Assembly: GCA_001730085.1 (NCBI GenBank)
Contig: MDLB01000107.1
Coordinates: forward strand, 34,432 to 98,431
Length of the DNA stretch: 64,000 nucleotides
Source: PVC group bacterium (ex Bugula neritina AB1)
GTDB lineage: Bacteria; GCA-001730085
Direction: 5' to 3'
Made by a program: the position numbers and the translations under genes
Notes under the pieces: model-generated
What the model saw: the letters and a program-made list of their open reading frames with translations, nothing else
What the model was told of the DNA's origin: nothing
Database searches by the model: none
In this document: piece by piece, positions 31,959-43,360 of the stretch
Position numbering within the stretch: the stretch's first letter is position 1
Layout: every line of letters begins with the position of its first letter

Positions 31959-33350
31959 CTACTTCCCAATACAAAAATTAGCAAAGAATTTTTTCAAAAT
32001 ATCTTTATCGTACTCTTCTCCCAAAAGAGCAGATAAACTCTCAAGAGCCTCCTTTAAAAAAGTCACCAAAATCTCTTGATGGAAATCCAAAGTTAAATCA
32101 AGAGCTTCCCTCAAAGAGGTCAATGCCTCTTTGACAAAATCAATCTGCCTTTGATTCAACATAAAGACATCCTCATCAAAACTTAAATCTTTCCTTAATT
32201 CAAACTTCAATTTTTCTTCTAGTTCAAACAAAGAGTCCCAGTTCAATGCACTAACAAAAAAAGGCTCAAATGGTGCAACCATTTTTTGTATACTTTTAGC
32301 GATATCCTCTTGCAAACAATCCTTCTTATTTACAAGAACAAAAAGCCTTTGCCCAGAAGATTTCTCCGCCAAAGTCTTACCCCAAAGAACTCTATCTTCC
32401 TCTTCAAAAGAACTTCCGCTCAAAACAAAAAAAATCACATCTGCTTTTTTCACTTCTTCTGAGGTTTTTTGAACACCTATTTTTTCAACAGAATCAACGG
32501 TCTCTCTCAAACCTGCTGTATCAACCAATCGAACACATCTATCAGCAAAAACAATTGCAGCATCAACAACATCCCTCGTCGTTCCCGGAACATTACTAAC
32601 AATCGCTCGATTTTTCCTCAAAAAAGCATTAAAAAGACTAGATTTGCCCACATTTGGCTTCCCAGCAAAAACAAGAGTAATATCATTGCTCAAAGATTTA
32701 GATCGCTTAAAAGAGGCCTCAAGAGCTTCTAAATCAGAAATAATCTTACTTAATTTTTCAGAATAAACATTTTGACTCAAAAAATCGATTTGCTCTTGAG
32801 AAAAATCAAGCTCAGCCTCCAAATAAAGCAAAAGACTTTCTAAAGAATCCTTAGCCGATCGAACTCTCAAAGAAAGATCTCCACCAACTTGCCTAACTAA
32901 GCGCTGTGCCGCACTCCGACTTTTAGAGTGAATAAGATCTGCAACAGCCTCCGCCTGCATCAAGTCCTTTTTTCCCAAAAGAAAAGCTCTTTTAGTAAAC
33001 TCTCCCGGCTCAGCCAAAGACGCGCCGAGCTCAACTGTTTTTTCTAAAATAAAATCTACAATAACAGGACTACCATGACAATGAAATTCAACAAGATCCT
33101 CCCCCGTATAACTATTCGGAGCTAAAAACTTCACAACCATCAACTCATCGATCTTTTCTTGTTTTTGACTAGGATCAACCAAATGAGCCAAATGCAAAGT
33201 TCTCGAAGCAGAATTCTTAAGAAGTTTTCCCGAAAAAAGCTGTAACAACTTATCAGAAATAAAAACAGACTGTGACCCTGTCATCCTCAAAACAGCCAAA
33301 GCACTACAAGCAACGGGAGTAGCTGGCGCAATTATCGTTTCGTGAAACAT
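31959..33350 (-). CDS. mnmE: tRNA modification GTPase MnmE (TrmE)
   Basis: G domain (GKPNVGKSSL, DTAG), C-terminal CIGK tetrapeptide. Confidence 0.95.
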   Translation of the reverse strand: MFHETIIAPATPVACSALAVLRMTGSQSVFISDKLLQLFSGKLLKNSASRTLHLAHLVDPSQKQEKIDELMVVKFLAPNSYTGEDLVEFHCHGSPVIVDFILEKTVELGASLAEPGEFTKRAFLLGKKDLMQAEAVADLIHSKSRSAAQRLVRQVGGDLSLRVRSAKDSLESLLLYLEAELDFSQEQIDFLSQNVYSEKLSKIISDLEALEASFKRSKSLSNDITLVFAGKPNVGKSSLFNAFLRKNRAIVSNVPGTTRDVVDAAIVFADRCVRLVDTAGLRETVDSVEKIGVQKTSEEVKKADVIFFVLSGSSFEEEDRVLWGKTLAEKSSGQRLFVLVNKKDCLQEDIAKSIQKMVAPFEPFFVSALNWDSLFELEEKLKFELRKDLSFDEDVFMLNQRQIDFVKEALTSLREALDLTLDFHQEILVTFLKEALESLSALLGEEYDKDILKKFFANFCIGK

Positions 33351-33351
33351 A

Positions 33352-34920
33352 TCAGCGTTTTTGAATAAGCTTTTGATGAATAATAGATAAGATATTATTT
33401 GTTAACCAATACAAGACAAGTCCAGAAGGGAAGTTAACAAAAAGAAAAGTCATTATCAAAGGCAAAAACATCATGATTTTTTTCTGAGAAGGATCTCCCA
33501 CACTAGGGGAAACCAACTGCTGAACAAACATAGAAGCTCCCATAGCGATCGGCAACAAGTATGTCGAATCCTTAGCCGAGAGATCTTTAATCCAAAATAA
33601 AAACGGCTCTCCTCTCAACTCAACAGCAGATTGCAAAAGCCAAAACAAAGCTAAAAAAATAGGCATCTGAGCAATCAAAGGCAAACATCCCCCCATAGGG
33701 TTTACCTTGTTTTGCTTATACAGTTTCATCATTTCAATTTGAGCTTTTTGGGGATTATCCTTATACTTCGCTCGCAAAGCTACAATATGAGGCTGCAAGT
33801 TTTGAAGTTTTTTCATCGACTTAAACCCTTTCTGAGAAATAGGTAAAAGTGCAAGCTTAACAAGCATTGTCAATAAGACAATAGAAATACCATAATTACC
33901 TATAAAACCATAAAGAAAGTTCAAAATAAACAAAAGAAAAAGGCTTATCGAATTAAAATAACCATAAGAAACAGACTTCTCAAATCCACTACCTAATGAT
34001 TTTAAAACTTCACGATTCTTAGGTCCAACATAAACTTCATAATCATCTTGAATCTCTTGACCTTTTTTAAGAATCAATGAAGAAGTTTGAAACATAGCTC
34101 GTGGAGGATATTTACCTTTTTTCAAATGAATAGCAGCCAAAGATTGCTGTGGCTTAACAATAAAAGTGAAATATTTACTCTGAACAGATACCCAAAGAGG
34201 GGTCTTATAAAGCGTTTGATCTTCATCAACTTTTTTATAAAAAGTAGGCTTACTATCTTTTTGATCAAACACTGCAAGCCTTAAAAACCTTTTATCTTTT
34301 TGATCATAGTTCAAAACTCCAACATGATCTGCGAGATGCAAAACATATCCATCTTTCAAAACAAAAGCCGTTTCTCCCACGTATTTTAACTTCACAGAAA
34401 AACTAATACCATATCCATTCTGCAGTCGATATGTCTTCTCACAAAGAACCCCTTCTGCTGTTTGAAAAGAAAGGACAAGATGCTGAGATGATTTTTCTTT
34501 TACCTCAAAAATAACATCTGTAGAAAAATCAAACATATCCGTTTTAAGATATCCACCCGAAAAGTCTTTCTTAGGCAAAATATACTCATCTTTATGAGGA
34601 CCTTCTTTAAAGTCCAAAGAAGTTACAGAAACAATCCCTCCTCCAAATGGACTAATATCCACCTTAATATGTTCATTTTTCAAAATAATATTTTCAACAG
34701 AACTATCTTTTAGAAAGCTTTGATTAGAAACTATCAATCTATCAGAAGAAACAACCTCACCCTTAGAAAGAGAGGTATTTTTCGTTTTTTTCTGAACAGC
34801 CATTTTTGACTGAACTTGACGTTGAGAATAAACCTTAGGAAAAAATTGCTTCTCAATACGAGGCCATAAAAGAAAAATCCCCATAGATAAAAAAAGAGCG
34901 GAAAGAAGTCTAGGATTCAT
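33352..34920 (-). CDS. yidC: Membrane protein insertase YidC/Oxa1
   Basis: Large periplasmic domain followed by the conserved 5-TM Oxa1 core (...NPMGGCLPLIAQMPIFLALF...). Confidence 0.9.
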   Translation of the reverse strand: MNPRLLSALFLSMGIFLLWPRIEKQFFPKVYSQRQVQSKMAVQKKTKNTSLSKGEVVSSDRLIVSNQSFLKDSSVENIILKNEHIKVDISPFGGGIVSVTSLDFKEGPHKDEYILPKKDFSGGYLKTDMFDFSTDVIFEVKEKSSQHLVLSFQTAEGVLCEKTYRLQNGYGISFSVKLKYVGETAFVLKDGYVLHLADHVGVLNYDQKDKRFLRLAVFDQKDSKPTFYKKVDEDQTLYKTPLWVSVQSKYFTFIVKPQQSLAAIHLKKGKYPPRAMFQTSSLILKKGQEIQDDYEVYVGPKNREVLKSLGSGFEKSVSYGYFNSISLFLLFILNFLYGFIGNYGISIVLLTMLVKLALLPISQKGFKSMKKLQNLQPHIVALRAKYKDNPQKAQIEMMKLYKQNKVNPMGGCLPLIAQMPIFLALFWLLQSAVELRGEPFLFWIKDLSAKDSTYLLPIAMGASMFVQQLVSPSVGDPSQKKIMMFLPLIMTFLFVNFPSGLVLYWLTNNILSIIHQKLIQKR

Positions 34921-35186
34921 AGCGTCTTCTTCTTTTCAAGAGGTACAAAGTCGAGACCTCCCGAACTCCAAGGGTGACATCTAAAAAGCCTTCTCAAAGT
35001 TAAAGCGGAAGCTTTAAAAAAAGACAAGGAAGCAAATGCTTCTGAAGCGTATTGCGAGCAAGAAGGGGCAAATCGACAACTCTTAGGCAAGAGAAAATCA
35101 GAAAAAGCTCGATACAAACTAATGAGAAAAATAACACCTTTTCTCAAAAAGTAATCTTTTCTATTTAATTCACGAAGATATTTCAT
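34917..35186 (-). CDS. yidD: Membrane protein insertion efficiency factor YidD
   Basis: CRFAPSCSQY motif of the YidD/haemolytic domain. Overlaps yidC and rnpA. Confidence 0.85.
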   Translation of the reverse strand: MKYLRELNRKDYFLRKGVIFLISLYRAFSDFLLPKSCRFAPSCSQYASEAFASLSFFKASALTLRRLFRCHPWSSGGLDFVPLEKKKTL

Positions 35187-35508
35187 TTAATATTCTCTCT
35201 AAATCTTTCTGCAATTGAAGACCTTCAGCAAAAGAGGCTGATTTCTTTGCACTAATAATCATCTGCAAGCCGGATAAGCCATAAGACTTTCTTACACGAA
35301 AAGCTTCTCGAAGATGCCTTTTAACAAAAGAACGCTTAACAGCATTTCCAACCTTACGAGAAACAGTCAAGCCTATCTTAGGCTCCCCATCTTTAAATAA
35401 ATAATGAACATAAAAGAATCGAGCTTCTCTCTTTAAACCAAGAGAGTAGAGACGGCTAAATTCTTTGCGAGACAAAATACGATTTTTCTTAGAGAAAGAA
35501 AAATCCAT
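35170..35508 (-). CDS. rnpA: Ribonuclease P protein component
   Basis: Basic RnpA-like sequence (ILSRKEFSRLY...GLTVSRKVGNAVKRSFVKRHLRE). Likely ATG at 35508 (the track start at 35511 is TTG). Confidence 0.85.
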   Translation of the reverse strand: MDFSFSKKNRILSRKEFSRLYSLGLKREARFFYVHYLFKDGEPKIGLTVSRKVGNAVKRSFVKRHLREAFRVRKSYGLSGLQMIISAKKSASFAEGLQLQKDLERILNEISS

Positions 35509-35645
35509 CAACCTACGCCTAAAGTTCTTCTTCCTTTTGCTCTTTGAGCTTTTATCGTTGCTCGACCACCGCGTGTTGACATTCTTTTTAAAAATCCGTG
35601 TTTTTTATAACGACGCCTATTAGAAGGCTGATACGTTCTTTTCAT
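35508..35645 (-). CDS. rpmH: 50S ribosomal protein L34 (45 aa; absent from the ORF track because it is under 60 aa)
   Basis: Manual translation gives [45 protein letters not shown]. Stop TGA overlaps the rnpA ATG (ATGA). Confidence 0.85.
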   Translation of the reverse strand: MKRTYQPSNRRRYKKHGFLKRMSTRGGRATIKAQRAKGRRTLGVG

Positions 35646-35839
35646 AAAATATGTTTTAAAACTCCTATTTTTCTGTCAGGATGTAATGAACGAAATCTCG
35701 ATTGTAGCTTATTTCTAAAAAATTGTCTAGTAAAGATTTTCTCTTTATATAAACAAACAAAAAAACAATCGAACATTCTACATAACCATTAAAAGTTAAA
35801 TCAAAATCATTACTAAATAATACCACCTAAAAAGAACCT

Positions 35840-36307
35840 TTATTTCGAACCTCTACATTTCGGGCACACTCCATAAAGTTCAAGTTTATGATGGTGAGGT
35901 AAAAAATTATACTTCTCAAAAATCTCATTCTGCATTGCTTCAATTTCAGGACGACAAAACTCAATACAGGTCGAACATTCTACACAAATCAAATGATCAT
36001 GGTGGGGATGATTATATAAATGCTCATAACGCGTAACCCCATCATCAAATTTCAATTCAACACACAAGCCACTTTCACATAAAAGTTTAAGCGTTCTATA
36101 AACTGTCGTATAACCTATTGATGAATCTTTTTGCTTTACCAACTGATATATATCTTCAGAGGTCATATGCTCGTGTAAAGAAAGAAAAACATCAACAATC
36201 AAATCTCGTTTGCGACTATTCTTAAATTGTCTTTTCTGTAAAAATCTCTCAAAAATTCTTCGCTCTTCTTTGTGCGTAATCATTTTATCTTCACTTAACA
36301 TATACAC
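35840..36307 (-). CDS. Fur-family metal-responsive transcriptional regulator (Fur/Zur/PerR; type not resolvable)
   Basis: Winged-helix N-domain, HHDH motif, two CxxC pairs (CVEC, CPKC). Confidence 0.8.
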   Translation of the reverse strand: MYMLSEDKMITHKEERRIFERFLQKRQFKNSRKRDLIVDVFLSLHEHMTSEDIYQLVKQKDSSIGYTTVYRTLKLLCESGLCVELKFDDGVTRYEHLYNHPHHDHLICVECSTCIEFCRPEIEAMQNEIFEKYNFLPHHHKLELYGVCPKCRGSK

Positions 36308-36670
36308 CTCTCATATAAAAATAAACAATACCTATAAAGAGCTATCCCAGAACCTCTCCACATTTATCCTTACAAAAAGATAGTTTAAGACTATATATTT
36401 CTTCATGCGAAATAAATTAGATTAACCCGCAATACCTCATAATTTTCCATCAAAAAACATAAAGCATTTTTCAAAGCAATATCAATACCCTAATCTAAAT
36501 AATCGTATCATAAAGTTTTATTTTAACAAGCAATTCAATCTGAGAGATAAATCGGAATAAAATCATAATTTCTCCTTTTGTCAGAAGGCATTTATAAAGA
36601 ACATAAATAGAAATTTTTGATTTTTTAAGAAATATTTGAAAACACCAAGATCAAGAAGGTGAAATAAAAA

Positions 36671-36752
<82 letters not shown>

Positions 36753-37527
36753 ATCTTAGAAAATAATTATAACAAAACACAGATTTCTTGTCAAGTTCAA
36801 ATAATTAAAAAGTTTTTAAACATCGTAAAAATAATTAATCATATTTTTAAAAAAACAATCTCATCTAAAAACTATTTTAATTTAATATTTTTTAAAATTA
36901 TCTGTAAATTTTACAAATAATTATTTTAAATAAATTAATAAAATCCTCCTCCCAATCTATAGAAAGCAAAAAAAAGATATAACAATATCATTATTAAAAT
37001 TTAAATAAAAATAATTTAAAATTTAAAATTAAATAAAAATAAATACATTTACAAAAAACTTCATTTATCGTTTTTAAGAAAATAAAAATAAGATTTTTTT
37101 ATTCCTTTAAATAAAAAAGGTTGCTATTCTCTTGAACTAAAAAAATATCTCAGCTATAATAAATATGATTTTTAGTGCCTTCTGATTTGAAAAGTTTTTA
37201 ACTTTAAAAATAACCTTTCTCATTAAAAAAGTTAAAAAATCTTCCATTTTGCAAGGACTGGAGTAAAAAAATATTATAGGCAACCCATAAATCAAATATA
37301 CATTTCATTAGTCTTAAATATCATTGAATAAAAAAATACTTTTAGAGAGTTTATTTAAGAGAATTTTTATTAAATATTTTTAACTAAGAAATAAAATATA
37401 ATAAAAAAGCTAGAAAAATCTAAATATATTTCAGCTATATCTATTTAAAATGTGGTACTGTAAATTAAAATTAGATTTTTATTCATAAATTTAAAGACTT
37501 AAAGACTAAGGAAAACAAAGTGCACCA

Positions 37528-38961
37528 ATGAAGCCTTTAGAAGAAAAAATTTCAGAAAAGTATAAGTATGGTTTTTATACAGACCTTAGTGTTGATCAAG
37601 CCCCTAAAGGCCTTAATCCAGATATCATTCGGTTGATTTCTTCAAAAAAGAAAGAACCGGACTATATGCTCAAGTTTCGCCTAAAAGCTTACGAAAAATG
37701 GCTAAAAATGACTGATCCTTCTTGGGCAGATATCTCTTTTCCTCCTATCGACTATCAAGATATTTCTTATTATTCCGCGCCCAAGGCTGCAAAAAAAGTT
37801 AAAAGTCTGGATGAGGTAGACAGTGAATTACTTGAAACTTTTGAAAAACTAGGAATACCTTTAAGCGAGCAAAAACGACTCTCTGGGGTAGCCGTAGATG
37901 CTGTTTTTGATAGTGTCTCGGTTGGAACAACTCATCAAGAAACCTTAGAAAAAGAAGGTGTCATATTTTGTCCCATATCCGAGGCTATTCAAAGTCACCC
38001 AGAAATCGTAGAAAAATATTTGGGATCCGTCGTTCCTATAACAGATAATTTTTTTGCCGCTTTAAACTCAGCTGTATTCACAGATGGCTCCTTTTGCTTT
38101 ATACCTAAGGGGGTTCGTTGCCCACTAGATCTTTCAACTTACTTCCGTATAAATGCATCTGAAACAGGTCAATTCGAAAGAACTTTGATCATAGCTGAAG
38201 ACAATAGTTATGTTAATTACTTAGAGGGATGTACAGCACCTTCGAGATCTGAAAATCAACTACATGCAGCCATTGTAGAGCTTGTGGCTATGGATCATGC
38301 CGAAATAAAATATTCAACGGTTCAAAACTGGTACGCTGGAGATGAAGATGGTAATGGTGGTATTTATAATTTTGTAACAAAGAGAGGCCTCTGCGAAGGT
38401 GTTGGATCTAAAATCTCTTGGACACAAGTCGAAGCTGGTGCGGCCATTACCTGGAAGTACCCTAGTTGTATTTTAAAAGGCGATGAATCCAGCGGTAAAT
38501 TTTACTCTGTCGCATTAACAAATCACAAAATGCAAGCGGATACAGGAACAAAGATGATCCACTTGGGAAAAAACACAAAAAGCACAATTATCTCAAAAGG
38601 AATTTCTGCACACGAATCCTCAAATGTCTATCGTGGGTTGGTCAAAGTTTCTCCTTCCGCAAAAGGATCTCGTAATTTTTCACAGTGTGATTCACTTTTA
38701 ATGGGAAGTAAGTCTAGGGCTAACACTGTTCCATATATTGAAGTTAAAAACAAAGATTCTCAAGTTGAACACGAAGCGTCTGTATCAAAAATAAGTGAAG
38801 AACAACTTTTCTATATACAATCTCGCGGTTTAGATGAAGAAGAGGCGATATCATTATTGGTCAATGGCTTCTGCAAAGATGTTTTTAAAGAGCTGCCCTT
38901 AGAATTTTCTGTGGAAGCAGTCCGTTTATTAGAAATGAAACTCGAAAATTCAGTAGGGTAG
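37528..38961 (+). CDS. sufB: Fe-S cluster assembly protein SufB
   Basis: Full-length SufB similarity; followed by sufC, sufD and sufS. Confidence 0.95.
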   Translation: MKPLEEKISEKYKYGFYTDLSVDQAPKGLNPDIIRLISSKKKEPDYMLKFRLKAYEKWLKMTDPSWADISFPPIDYQDISYYSAPKAAKKVKSLDEVDSELLETFEKLGIPLSEQKRLSGVAVDAVFDSVSVGTTHQETLEKEGVIFCPISEAIQSHPEIVEKYLGSVVPITDNFFAALNSAVFTDGSFCFIPKGVRCPLDLSTYFRINASETGQFERTLIIAEDNSYVNYLEGCTAPSRSENQLHAAIVELVAMDHAEIKYSTVQNWYAGDEDGNGGIYNFVTKRGLCEGVGSKISWTQVEAGAAITWKYPSCILKGDESSGKFYSVALTNHKMQADTGTKMIHLGKNTKSTIISKGISAHESSNVYRGLVKVSPSAKGSRNFSQCDSLLMGSKSRANTVPYIEVKNKDSQVEHEASVSKISEEQLFYIQSRGLDEEEAISLLVNGFCKDVFKELPLEFSVEAVRLLEMKLENSVG

Positions 38962-38968
38962 GAAAAAC

Positions 38969-39730
38969 ATGTTATCAATCAAAAATTTAAAAGCTAAAGT
39001 AAAAGACACCGACAAAGAAATTTTAAAAGGCCTTAATTTAGAAATAAAAACAGGAGAGGTTCATGCCATCATGGGCCCTAATGGTTCAGGAAAAAGTACA
39101 CTCTCTAAAGTCCTTGCAGGTCATCCTGATTACGAAGTAACCTCTGGGGAAGTCTCTTACGAAGTCAACCTTAAATCTAAAAATTTACTAGAATTAGAAG
39201 TTAATGAGCGTGCTCAAGCCGGTATCTTTTTAGCTTTTCAGTACCCCTTAGAAATACCTGGTGTCGACAACTTAGCTTTTTTACACGCATCATACAACTC
39301 AATTTCTAAAGCAAATGGGGTGCCTACTGTCGATATTCTTGAATTTCAGAGTATCGTTGAAGAAAAAATGAAAAAACTAAAAATGGATCCTACTTTCTTA
39401 GAAAGACCTGTTAATGTCGATTTTTCAGGAGGAGAGAAGAAAAGAAATGAAATTTTGCAAATGCTTCTTCTGAACCCACGTTTAGCCATTTTAGACGAAA
39501 CAGATTCAGGTCTAGATATAGACTCTTTAAAAATTGTTTCTGATGGCGTCAATCAATTCAGTTCAAAAAATAATTCTGTCATATTGATCACTCATTATCA
39601 AAGACTCCTTGATCATATAAAGCCTGACTTTGTGCACATTTTAGGAAATGGAAAAATCATCGAAAGCGGTACAAGCGAACTTGCTTCCGAAGTCGAATCT
39701 CGTGGATATGACTGGTTGGAGATGGGTTGA
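38969..39730 (+). CDS. sufC: Fe-S cluster assembly ATPase SufC
   Basis: Walker A GPNGSGKST, signature FSGGEKKR, Walker B ILDETDSGLD. Confidence 0.95.
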   Translation: MLSIKNLKAKVKDTDKEILKGLNLEIKTGEVHAIMGPNGSGKSTLSKVLAGHPDYEVTSGEVSYEVNLKSKNLLELEVNERAQAGIFLAFQYPLEIPGVDNLAFLHASYNSISKANGVPTVDILEFQSIVEEKMKKLKMDPTFLERPVNVDFSGGEKKRNEILQMLLLNPRLAILDETDSGLDIDSLKIVSDGVNQFSSKNNSVILITHYQRLLDHIKPDFVHILGNGKIIESGTSELASEVESRGYDWLEMG

Positions 39731-40947
39731 TGGGTTTTTCAAATTCGCTTGAAACACTTTTACATAAAATACACAAATCAAAAGAAGATAAAAATATATT
39801 ATCTCGTTTATTTGAAGAAAATGTTCCACATGTCAAGTCTGAAGATTGGAAATATGCTCCACTAAGACACTTTAGTCAACTTGTCCTTTCTGAAGCTAAT
39901 AAAGGTAACCCCGATATCTCCTCTTATTTAAAAAAAGGTGAACTATCTCTCATTTTTTATAATGGAAAACTTATACATTTTCCAGCAGAACTTCCTTCTG
40001 GAATGACACTAGAAAGGCAAGAACCTTCTTCTCAGCAAAAAAAACAAAAACAGTTTTTTGCATCAATCAATGCTAATCTTCAAAAGGAAGTTTGGACACT
40101 CTCCATAGAGAAGAATATATCCATAGATAAACCTGTGAAAATTTACCATATTTTAGAAGGTGAACCCTCTAAAAACTCTTGGGCAAGTACTTCCTTTCAG
40201 ATTAAAATAGGCGCTAATAGTCAAGCTTCTTTTCGAGAATATTTTATATCACAAAACATTCATTCCTGTTTTTATAACTACAGTGAATATATTCATCTTC
40301 ACCCTTTTAGCAAGATATCTTACTTGTCCAAACAAAACATGAACCTAAACTCTTACTTGATGCATTTAACCCATATGGTTCTTCAAAAAGGTAGTGAAGG
40401 CTTCTCATATGTTCAATCAACCGGTGCACACTACTCTAGGCATACTTTAGATGTTCTTTTGACCGAAAGAAATGCTACCATGAAGTCTTTAGGGACTTAT
40501 GCTTTACATCATGACCAACAATGCGAAAACTACGTCCAAATGGATCATTTAGCGGAAGAAACAACAAGTGAACAGATATATAAAGGCCTTTTGAATGATC
40601 AATCTATTGCAACTTTTCAAACAGGTGTTCATGTTTTTCCTGGTGCAAAACTAAGCTCCTCAAAGCAAATGAACCGTAACGTTTCTTTAAGCTCAAAAAG
40701 TCTTGTTAATGCTAAGCCTCAGTTAAACATTGAGAACGATGATGTCAAATGCTCACATGGCGTTACTGTTGGGCAAATGAACCCCGATGAAATTTTTTAT
40801 CTTGAAAGTCGCGGTATCCTTCCTGAAAAATCTCAATATATGATTCTCGAAGGTTTCATGAAAGACCTTCTTAATCAGCTTCCTCTTGATAAGGAATTTC
40901 AAAAAGCTTGGCTTTACGATTTACTACTATCTTTTAAAGAGAGGTAG
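39727..40947 (+). CDS. sufD: Fe-S cluster assembly protein SufD
   Basis: SufB/SufD beta-helix C-terminal region. Operon position; 4-nt overlap with sufC. Confidence 0.85.
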   Translation: MMGFSNSLETLLHKIHKSKEDKNILSRLFEENVPHVKSEDWKYAPLRHFSQLVLSEANKGNPDISSYLKKGELSLIFYNGKLIHFPAELPSGMTLERQEPSSQQKKQKQFFASINANLQKEVWTLSIEKNISIDKPVKIYHILEGEPSKNSWASTSFQIKIGANSQASFREYFISQNIHSCFYNYSEYIHLHPFSKISYLSKQNMNLNSYLMHLTHMVLQKGSEGFSYVQSTGAHYSRHTLDVLLTERNATMKSLGTYALHHDQQCENYVQMDHLAEETTSEQIYKGLLNDQSIATFQTGVHVFPGAKLSSSKQMNRNVSLSSKSLVNAKPQLNIENDDVKCSHGVTVGQMNPDEIFYLESRGILPEKSQYMILEGFMKDLLNQLPLDKEFQKAWLYDLLLSFKER

Positions 40948-40953
40948 CTTCAA

Positions 40954-42189
40954 ATGTTTAAAAACACTTTTCCCTCAAAGCCTTTATCTGATCATTTCCC
41001 CATCCTTTTAAAAGAAATGAAAAATGGGAATCGACTGACCTACTTGGATAATGCTGCAACAACATTAAAACCTCTCAATATAGTTGAGACGATTCAAAAG
41101 TATTACCTTTTAGAAAATGCAAATGTCCATAGAGGCCTTCATGATCTGAGCGAAGAAGCTTCTAGAAGGTTTGAGGAAGCACGAGTAAAAGCTCAATCAT
41201 ATATAAATGCTAAAAGTGTAAATGAAATCGTTTTTACCAAAGGAGCAACTGATGGGATAAACCTGATCTCTAAAAGTTATGGTGAGAACTTTTTAAAAGA
41301 AGGTGATCATATAGTTATTAGTCAAATGGAGCACCATTCGAATATCATACCATGGCAGATGCTCTGTAAAAAAAAGGGATGTATCCTTGATATTATTCCT
41401 CTAACCCCGAGTGGAGATCTTGACCTAGATACTTTTGACAAACTTTTAACAAAAAAAGTAAAATTACTTTCAATTGTTCATACCTCTAATACTTTAGGAA
41501 CCACAAACCCTATAAAGGAAATGATACAAAAAGCACACTCTTTCGATATTCCAGTTATTGTCGATGGGGCACAAGCTTTATCTCATGGACCTATTGATGT
41601 TCAATCTCTTGACTGTGATTTTTTTGTTTTTTCAGCGCATAAAATGTTTGGCCCTACAGGAGTTGGGGTTTTATATGGTAAAGAAAAATATTTGCAACAA
41701 ATGCCCCCTGTTCAAGGTGGCGGAGATATGGTTTTATCTGTGTCGTTGGAGTCTTCCACTTACCGTAATACTCCTTACAAGTTTGAAGCTGGAACTCCTC
41801 ATATCGCAGGAGTTATTGGCCTTAATGCAACTTTTGACTTCATAAACTCATTAGACTTCGAGGCTATTACTGCTCATGAGAAAGAACTAAAAACTTATGC
41901 ATCAGAAGCTTTAAGCTCAATAGAGGGACTAACCATTGTAGGTAACTCAACATCCAAGGCACCTATTTTCTCATTCACGCTCAAAGGTATCCATCCTCAT
42001 GACATTGGAACCTTAGCTAATGAAAAAGGTGTAGCTATCCGTGTGGGACATCACTGCACGGAACCTATCAGCCAATACTTCAATATCTCAGGAACAGCTC
42101 GTGCATCGATGGCTTTCTACAACACAAAAGAAGATATAGATAAATTGATTGAAGCGATTCACTTTATAAAAAAAACATTTCACATTTAA
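40954..42189 (+). CDS. sufS: Cysteine desulfurase SufS (class II aminotransferase V)
   Basis: PLP-lysine region FSAHKMFGPTGVGVLYG, active-site Cys loop RVGHHCTEP. Confidence 0.9.
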   Translation: MFKNTFPSKPLSDHFPILLKEMKNGNRLTYLDNAATTLKPLNIVETIQKYYLLENANVHRGLHDLSEEASRRFEEARVKAQSYINAKSVNEIVFTKGATDGINLISKSYGENFLKEGDHIVISQMEHHSNIIPWQMLCKKKGCILDIIPLTPSGDLDLDTFDKLLTKKVKLLSIVHTSNTLGTTNPIKEMIQKAHSFDIPVIVDGAQALSHGPIDVQSLDCDFFVFSAHKMFGPTGVGVLYGKEKYLQQMPPVQGGGDMVLSVSLESSTYRNTPYKFEAGTPHIAGVIGLNATFDFINSLDFEAITAHEKELKTYASEALSSIEGLTIVGNSTSKAPIFSFTLKGIHPHDIGTLANEKGVAIRVGHHCTEPISQYFNISGTARASMAFYNTKEDIDKLIEAIHFIKKTFHI

Positions 42190-42205
42190 TATTAAGGATG
42201 AAATC

Positions 42206-42664
42206 ATGAGTCAAAAGAACCATGAACAACTTTATCAACAGGTGATTTTAGATCATCACCGTGCACCAAGAAACTTTCAAGAACTTTCGGACTATACCCA
42301 CACAGCAGAAGGCTTTAATCCTCTTTGTGGAGACCATTACTCTATATACATGATTGTGAATCAAGATAATAAAATTGAAAAAATCAGCTTCACAGGTGAT
42401 GGATGTGCGATATCTAAAGCCTCTTCTTCTATAATGACAACCTTCCTTCAAAATAAAACCACTACAGAGGTTGAAACATCTATTAAAATTTTTGAGAACT
42501 TTATCATGGGGAAAGATACTTTATCTCAAAGCGAAATAAACTGGGGATCTCTCATAGCTTTTTCTGGGATAAAAAATTACCCATCTAGAGTGAAATGTGC
42601 GATATTGTCTTGGAAAACAGTAAAAGGAGCACTTCTAAACCAAAATACTGTGAGTACTGAATAA
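42206..42664 (+). CDS. sufU: SufU/IscU-like sulfur acceptor and scaffold (NifU N-domain family)
   Basis: HHRAPRN, NPLCGD, FTGDGCAIS motifs. Confidence 0.8.
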   Translation: MSQKNHEQLYQQVILDHHRAPRNFQELSDYTHTAEGFNPLCGDHYSIYMIVNQDNKIEKISFTGDGCAISKASSSIMTTFLQNKTTTEVETSIKIFENFIMGKDTLSQSEINWGSLIAFSGIKNYPSRVKCAILSWKTVKGALLNQNTVSTE

Positions 42665-42791
42665 AAATTCAGATTTATTTGAAAAATATCTTTTCCAAAC
42701 TATGATTGATTTGACAAAAATAAAAAAATACAAAAAATGAGACATTTTCGAACCATCTCATTTATAACAAAAAAAAGAAAGGGACTCTGCC

Positions 42792-43355
42792 ATGAATCAT
42801 GACATCATTGTGCAACCAACACCAAATCCAAACGCTTTTAAGTTTATCACACATATCGATGTTATTAGCGAAGGTAAACATACATTTAACTCTATAGAAG
42901 AATGCTCCAATGAACTCTTAGTTCCAATGGTTCGAGCCTTATTTATGCTAGGTTCCATAACAAATATACATCTTTTTGAAAATGTTATAACTGTCACAAA
43001 AACAGATGATCACCCATGGGCAATCATGGAAGAAGCAATCAAAGCAACGGTTTTACAACATATTGAGTCTCACAACCCAAACTTTATAACCACGGTCTCA
43101 GAAAAACCTGTACAAAAAAAACAAAAATCTCCTGAATTACAGGCTATTGATGCTATTCTTGATAAATCTATACGCCCTAGTTTACAAATGGATGGGGGAG
43201 ACCTCACATTAATATCTTTGAAAGATGGAGTTCTAAAACTTAATTATGAAGGGGCTTGTGGCTCATGTCCAAGTGCACAAATGGGAACACTTCAGGCTAT
43301 TCAAAATATTATTCATAGTGAATATGACGAAAATATAATAGTAGAAACCATTTAA
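42792..43355 (+). CDS. Nfu-type Fe-S cluster carrier (Nfu_N domain plus NifU C-terminal CxxC domain)
   Basis: N-terminal VQPTPNPNAFKF, C-terminal LQMDGGDLTL...GACGSCPSAQMGT. Confidence 0.75.
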   Translation: MNHDIIVQPTPNPNAFKFITHIDVISEGKHTFNSIEECSNELLVPMVRALFMLGSITNIHLFENVITVTKTDDHPWAIMEEAIKATVLQHIESHNPNFITTVSEKPVQKKQKSPELQAIDAILDKSIRPSLQMDGGDLTLISLKDGVLKLNYEGACGSCPSAQMGTLQAIQNIIHSEYDENIIVETI

Positions 43356-43360
43356 GTTTT

